A stretch of DNA of 32,000 nucleotides from Candidatus Jordarchaeales archaeon (GTDB taxonomy: Archaea; Asgardarchaeota; Jordiarchaeia; Jordiarchaeales; Freyrarchaeaceae), in assembly GCA_038858525.1 (NCBI GenBank), contig JAWCFL010000006.1:41759-73758 (forward strand). The letters run 5' to 3'. Shown piece by piece: positions 27,949 to 32,000 of this stretch (positions within the stretch are counted from its first letter, which is position 1; each line of letters starts with the position of its first letter). A program made the position numbers and the translations under genes. Below the pieces are notes generated by a model. That model had not been told where the DNA came from, ran no database searches, and was given only the letters and a program-made list of their open reading frames with translations.

Positions 27949-28751
27949 GGGCGATCGCAAGGAAATTTTCTCAGCTACGGGGGCGGGGTGAGGGTGGACT
28001 CATAGCCTATGTGACTGCCGGCGACCCCTCCCCGTCCATGACGCCGAGCATAGTTAAGTCGCTCGTTGAGGGTGGAGCAGACGTGGTGGAGCTGGGAATA
28101 CCATTCTCTGACCCTATCGCTGACGGACCAACGATACAGGCAGCCACGGTGAGGTCTCTCAAGGCGGGGACGAGGCCGAGAATGGTGCTCAGAATGGTTG
28201 AAGAGATAAAGCAGGAAACCCACGTCCCCATAGTCATACTGAGCTACTATAATCCGATATTCCGTATGGGGTTGAAAAACTTCTTCGAGGAGGCTAGTGC
28301 TAGAGGCGTGGATGGAGTTGTGGTGCCAGACTTACCGGTTGAGGAGGCGGGCGAGTATAAGGAGTTCGCTGAGGCATACGAGGTGGACACGGTATTTCTC
28401 GCAGCCCCCTCCACCTCGACTGAGAGAATGAAAAGGATCGTGGACTACACTTCCGGCTTTCTGTACCTCGTATCTGTTTTCGGGGTCACCGGGGCGAGGG
28501 AGAACATTCAGGATGTAACCGTTGAGACGATAAGGAAAGCTTTACACTTCACGCAGAGGAGAGTCCCATTAGCTGTAGGCTTCGGGGTCTCAAAGCCTGA
28601 ACATGTGAGACAGGTTCTCGAAAGTGGGGCTGACGCCGCCATAGTTGGAAGCCGACTGGTGAAAGTCATAGAGGAAAACCTGGGTGACGAGGAAAAAATG
28701 GTTGAAGCGCTTCGAGAACACACCAGAAAGCTTAAAGAGGCAACTCTCTGA
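27945..28751 (+). CDS. trpA: Tryptophan synthase alpha chain
   Basis: [37 protein letters not shown]. Confidence 0.97.
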   Translation: MRAIARKFSQLRGRGEGGLIAYVTAGDPSPSMTPSIVKSLVEGGADVVELGIPFSDPIADGPTIQAATVRSLKAGTRPRMVLRMVEEIKQETHVPIVILSYYNPIFRMGLKNFFEEASARGVDGVVVPDLPVEEAGEYKEFAEAYEVDTVFLAAPSTSTERMKRIVDYTSGFLYLVSVFGVTGARENIQDVTVETIRKALHFTQRRVPLAVGFGVSKPEHVRQVLESGADAAIVGSRLVKVIEENLGDEEKMVEALREHTRKLKEATL

Positions 28752-28814
28752 AGACGGAGAGGAAGTCTCTGAAAAAACTCCCCACAGACCTTTGTCCATG
28801 CTGCGTCTTTCACT

Positions 28815-30743
28815 TCATATTCCAAGTTTTCTTCTCTTCTCCTCTATGTGCGCCAGTATAGCGTCCGCCGCCTTCACTGGGTCCTTTTCGAGGTTCAGCA
28901 CGCCTCCAGTTATTCTTCCGCATTCCTCCACTAGTAGCTTTACGAGCCTCGGGGCACCGGTGATCGTCGGCACAGGGTTAACGTAGGTGTACAGCCCTAG
29001 GGCTAGAGCGAAGATGGCGTCTATCGTCGCCTTTTGCTCCATGTATTCTGGGGCAACAGCCGCGACGGGCAAATCCGGTATTGGAGCTCCAAGCTCGTCC
29101 GATATGGCCGCCAGCAAGTCCGCTAAGCGTCCCGTGTCGGTGCAGGTTCCATAGCTCAGCACAGGCGGAACACCGAGCGAGCCACACAGTTTTCTGAGGC
29201 CTGGCCCAGCCTGCTCAGCGGCTTCGGGGAGGCATAGCCCCGCAACTTGGAGGGCCGCGTTACCGCACCCCATTGAGAGAACTAGGATGTCCCTCCTTAT
29301 AAGCTCCCTAGCCATGGATACCGTGTGCACGTCCTGCCCGTGGTCTCTGAGGGTTGTGCATGAAACCAGCCCGGCAACCCCCCTCACGTCACCCTTCCTT
29401 ATTGCTTCCAGTAGTGGAGTTAGGCTTCCTCCGAGAGCCTCGAGAATGCTTTCCGTTGAGAATCCAGCGACAGCCTCGCCGACTGGTAGCCCAGTGACGG
29501 GCTTAACTTTCCTTTGTCTCTCCTTAAAGTTCTCTATGGCCCACTGGAGTAGCTTCGTAGCCTGCTCCTCGGCTTTTTCAGGCTCGTAGTTCACCCTGTC
29601 CTTCACTCCCTCGAATGCAACCAGCTCGGTCACAGGGACAAGCTTGAAGCTGTACTTCTCAGCGTAGATTGGGTCTATCGGCATGGAGCAGTTCATGTCG
29701 CAGGCGAACAGGTCAACGCAGCCGCTGGCTAACACAGCCTCCTGCATAATCCAGTTTCCGGTGAATCCGTAGAAGATGTCGTCAACCTCCCACCTCTGAA
29801 TCATCTCTTGCCCCGTCTCTATGTTCGCTATAACCCTAAGCCCCTTCGCCCCGGCCTCCCTTGCTTTTCTCTGCCATTCCTCTCTTCTTGCGAGCTGAAC
29901 TAGGGCAAACCCGAGGAAGGGTTCATGCCCGTTAACCAAGACGTTAACGTAGTCCGGGTTTAGGACGCCTAGGTTCACGCGCACCCTGTGAGGTTTGGGC
30001 ACCCCGAAAAGTATGTCTTGGCAGTATTCTAAGACGAGCTGGCTCTGGTAGGCCATGGCTATGGATAAACGCATAGCCTTAAGAGCCAAGCTCACATAGT
30101 AGCCGTCAACGTTCGTTAGGCAGGAGCTGGTGGCAAGCATGATCTCCTCGTATATGCCGCCGGGGAAGATGCCGAGCTCACGCCAAACCTTTTTTCGCTC
30201 CTCTGGAGCGAAGCCGTCAACTATCCTGCTCGGCTCGTAGAATTTCCTCGCGTAATCCTCCTCGACAAAGCCGCAAATCCTCAGAGCAACCTCCTCCACT
30301 TCCCCCTCAGAGTCCAATCCAAGCCTATTGGCAAACCACCTCAGCTTACCTTCCTCTCTTATCGTGAAGGGAGTTTTTCCCTCAGCTGTAGCCTTCAGTG
30401 TTCTGACGACCTGGCTGGCGTGGAAATGATAGGTTGAAGCACCCAAAACGTTCCTCAGCAGCATCATCCTCATAGCCATGCCGTCAGCTGTTATTCCGCA
30501 GACACCACGCTTATCCTTCTCAGCGTCAGCACGGCAGGGGCCATTAGAACACAAGTCACACCTCACACCCGCCTGGCAGAACGGGCACCTCCTGTCAGGG
30601 TCGCCGCCAAACCCCTGCGCAACATAACGATCCCAAATGTTCGTCACTCCATCGCTCTTCAACTTCTCGTACATTCTAACAACAGACTCGTGATACGATA
30701 CTCTCCTCTTTTCCAAGCGTTTCCCCCTCAAAGAAGTTATCAA
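28815..30743 (-). CDS. cooS: CooS-family (Ni,Fe-CODH scaffold) protein with non-canonical active-site residues, probably clade D / CooS-V-like
   Basis: CPFC...CDLCSNGPC...CG (D/B clusters), NGHEP, DMNC, VSC, MGC, GTC and EQKA are present, but IETGQE replaces the usual CCTGNE. Confidence 0.85.
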   Translation of the reverse strand: MITSLRGKRLEKRRVSYHESVVRMYEKLKSDGVTNIWDRYVAQGFGGDPDRRCPFCQAGVRCDLCSNGPCRADAEKDKRGVCGITADGMAMRMMLLRNVLGASTYHFHASQVVRTLKATAEGKTPFTIREEGKLRWFANRLGLDSEGEVEEVALRICGFVEEDYARKFYEPSRIVDGFAPEERKKVWRELGIFPGGIYEEIMLATSSCLTNVDGYYVSLALKAMRLSIAMAYQSQLVLEYCQDILFGVPKPHRVRVNLGVLNPDYVNVLVNGHEPFLGFALVQLARREEWQRKAREAGAKGLRVIANIETGQEMIQRWEVDDIFYGFTGNWIMQEAVLASGCVDLFACDMNCSMPIDPIYAEKYSFKLVPVTELVAFEGVKDRVNYEPEKAEEQATKLLQWAIENFKERQRKVKPVTGLPVGEAVAGFSTESILEALGGSLTPLLEAIRKGDVRGVAGLVSCTTLRDHGQDVHTVSMARELIRRDILVLSMGCGNAALQVAGLCLPEAAEQAGPGLRKLCGSLGVPPVLSYGTCTDTGRLADLLAAISDELGAPIPDLPVAAVAPEYMEQKATIDAIFALALGLYTYVNPVPTITGAPRLVKLLVEECGRITGGVLNLEKDPVKAADAILAHIEEKRRKLGI

Positions 30744-31048
30744 CTATGTAGGGGCTATTTAATTTTTAAACTTTCTGACATCGAAGAGGTCACGTGGAAG
30801 ATGGTCTTTTAGAAGTTCCGGATAAGCAGCATGCCGACTAGAACGTGGGAGACTGGACTTCCACTACACGTAAGAACGAGGATGCCGTCCGGACGGGGGT
30901 TTCGCCTCAATGGAAAAGGAACCTAGCGGAGAAAACACTGCTTTTTCGCACCCTCCACGCCTCAGAGCCCCTCTTTCTTAAGTATATAAAAGAAGGGTCT
31001 TGTAAAAAAGGTGAATTAAGGTTCCTTCAGGGGGTTGCTGGTTATTTA

Positions 31049-31452
31049 ATGAGAAGGGCTGAAGATTTGCTGGAGGACTCGGATGATTTTTTGGGTGCTG
31101 CTAAGGATCTTCTCTTAACAGGTAGGTGGGCTAAGGTTTGCTTTATGGCTCAGCAGGCCGCTGAGCTGGCGGTTAAAGCCGCATTAAACGCTTTAGGAAG
31201 AGAAAGGAGGATGCGCTCCGTGCATAAATTACTGGAGGAGCTGGCAGGCTTACTTTTCAGTTGCGAGGATATTGCTGCCTTGATTGATGACGCCAAGATC
31301 CTAACCAGTATTATATCCCGACGAGGTACATGAACGCCTTTTCGGAGGGCTCAGCTAAATCTCACTTCACAGAGAAACAGGCGAGGGAAGCCGTTAAAAT
31401 AGCTGAGATGATATTCTCTAAAATGGAGAGGATAGTCCGTGAGCGTGGATGA
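31049..31452 (+). pseudogene. HEPN-domain protein with a 1-nt deletion at about 31303
   Basis: FMAQQAAELAVKAAL in frame 1. After AAGATCCTA-AC the other frame continues QYYIPTRYMNAF...AREAVKIAEMIF...RERG*, overlapping the MNT start. Confidence 0.8.
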
Positions 31453-31837
31453 AGAGATCAGGAAGTTTTGCATGGAGGCCGTGAAGAAAGGAATGAGGTC
31501 CATTATTCTATTTGGCTCGAGAGCTAAAGGGGAGCATACGGAGGAAAGCGACGTGGACGTATGCGTCGTGTCAAGCCACTTGCCAGGTGACGTTTTCAGG
31601 AGAAGATGCCTCACCCCACCAGGATACTCCTTCATCTCCATCATGGGTTTTTGTCCCGAGGAGTTTCTTTCAATGCTCGACGAAGAAAACCCACTAGTAT
31701 TGGACATAGTCAAGTATGGTGTTGCGCTCTACGATGACGGTTTTTTCGAAAAGGCGAAGGAAGTCTACTTAGAAACAATTAGAAAGTATGGACTTGAAAG
31801 GGACAGCGCGGGGTGGACTTGGAAGGTGAAGCGATGA
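31439..31837 (+). CDS. Minimal nucleotidyltransferase (MNT), partner of HEPN
   Basis: ILFGSRAKG..EESDVDVCVV (GS...DxD motif). Confidence 0.9.
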   Translation: MSVDEEIRKFCMEAVKKGMRSIILFGSRAKGEHTEESDVDVCVVSSHLPGDVFRRRCLTPPGYSFISIMGFCPEEFLSMLDEENPLVLDIVKYGVALYDDGFFEKAKEVYLETIRKYGLERDSAGWTWKVKR

Positions 31838-31882
31838 TTGGAAAAGAAAAATTAAAGCTTCCATGTTCAGGCTTCTTGGTGT

Positions 31883-32000
31883 GGGTTTGCAGCAGTTCCT
31901 GAATAGATAACTTTATATAACACTTCTTAACATTTATTTGTATGATGATTGAGAGGTTGCTGACGCTCAGCGAAGCCTGCGAGAGATTAGGCATTCACCC
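31883..32000 (+). mobile_element. tnpA: Left end and tnpA start of IS607 element C (close relative of element A), cut by the window edge
   Basis: GG + GTTTGCAG + CAGTTCC...; ATG 31942 gives MMIERLLTLSEACERLGIHP. It differs from the element A left end (2904 leftwards) by two substitutions and one 2-nt indel. Confidence 0.9.

Noticed and set aside
13455-29589. Many short ORFs overlapping lhr, the ABC genes, trp and cooS on the opposite strand or in other frames
   Set aside because: These are shadow ORFs of well-supported genes with no motifs of their own.
30845-31048. N-terminal extension of the HEPN ORF in the ORF track
   Set aside because: It shows no HEPN similarity, and TATATAAA at 30983-30990 with ATG 31049 gives a normal-length gene.
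31295-31310. Programmed frameshift in HEPN
   Set aside because: There is no slippery heptamer or homopolymer at the break; a simple 1-nt deletion explains it.
31853-31884. Flank swap (past inversion) placing the 5' half of the M24 gene next to element C
   Set aside because: Joining this flank to the element A right flank gives a frame closed by TAA at 31853-31855 with no peptidase-like sequence. The flank at 2905-3060 does not continue the peptidase frame either.

Overview
Archaeal genomic window (TATA/BRE promoters, Lhr-MPE, HerA, HEPN-MNT, VapBC; lineage cannot be fixed from the sequence alone). 1-13.3 kb is an accessory, IS-rich region: a decayed M24 peptidase, a HerA-type ATPase, several secreted or membrane proteins with internal repeats, VapBC, and IS607-family (serine-recombinase TnpA + TnpB) elements in different states of decay. 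13.4-31.8 kb is mostly housekeeping: lhr-MPE, an ABC transporter, a COG4028-like P-loop protein, a ferredoxin, a nitroreductase cluster, a complete trpEGDCFBA operon, a non-canonical CooS and a frameshifted HEPN with an MNT. Another IS607 copy begins at the right edge. The main unexplained structure is two related ~250-270 bp non-autonomous IS607-derived mini-elements (7215-7463 +, 12123-12399 -). Each is inserted into a tnpB pseudogene at a CCT and has a TATA box and an omegaRNA-like scaffold. Their CC end-core covaries with an internal GGGTT loop, just as the GG core of the full-length elements covaries with an internal CCGTT loop, which points to a conserved pseudoknot. If the scaffolds are expressed, their flank-derived guides would be tnpB sequence. 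All alignments and base-pairings were made by eye; no database searches were run.
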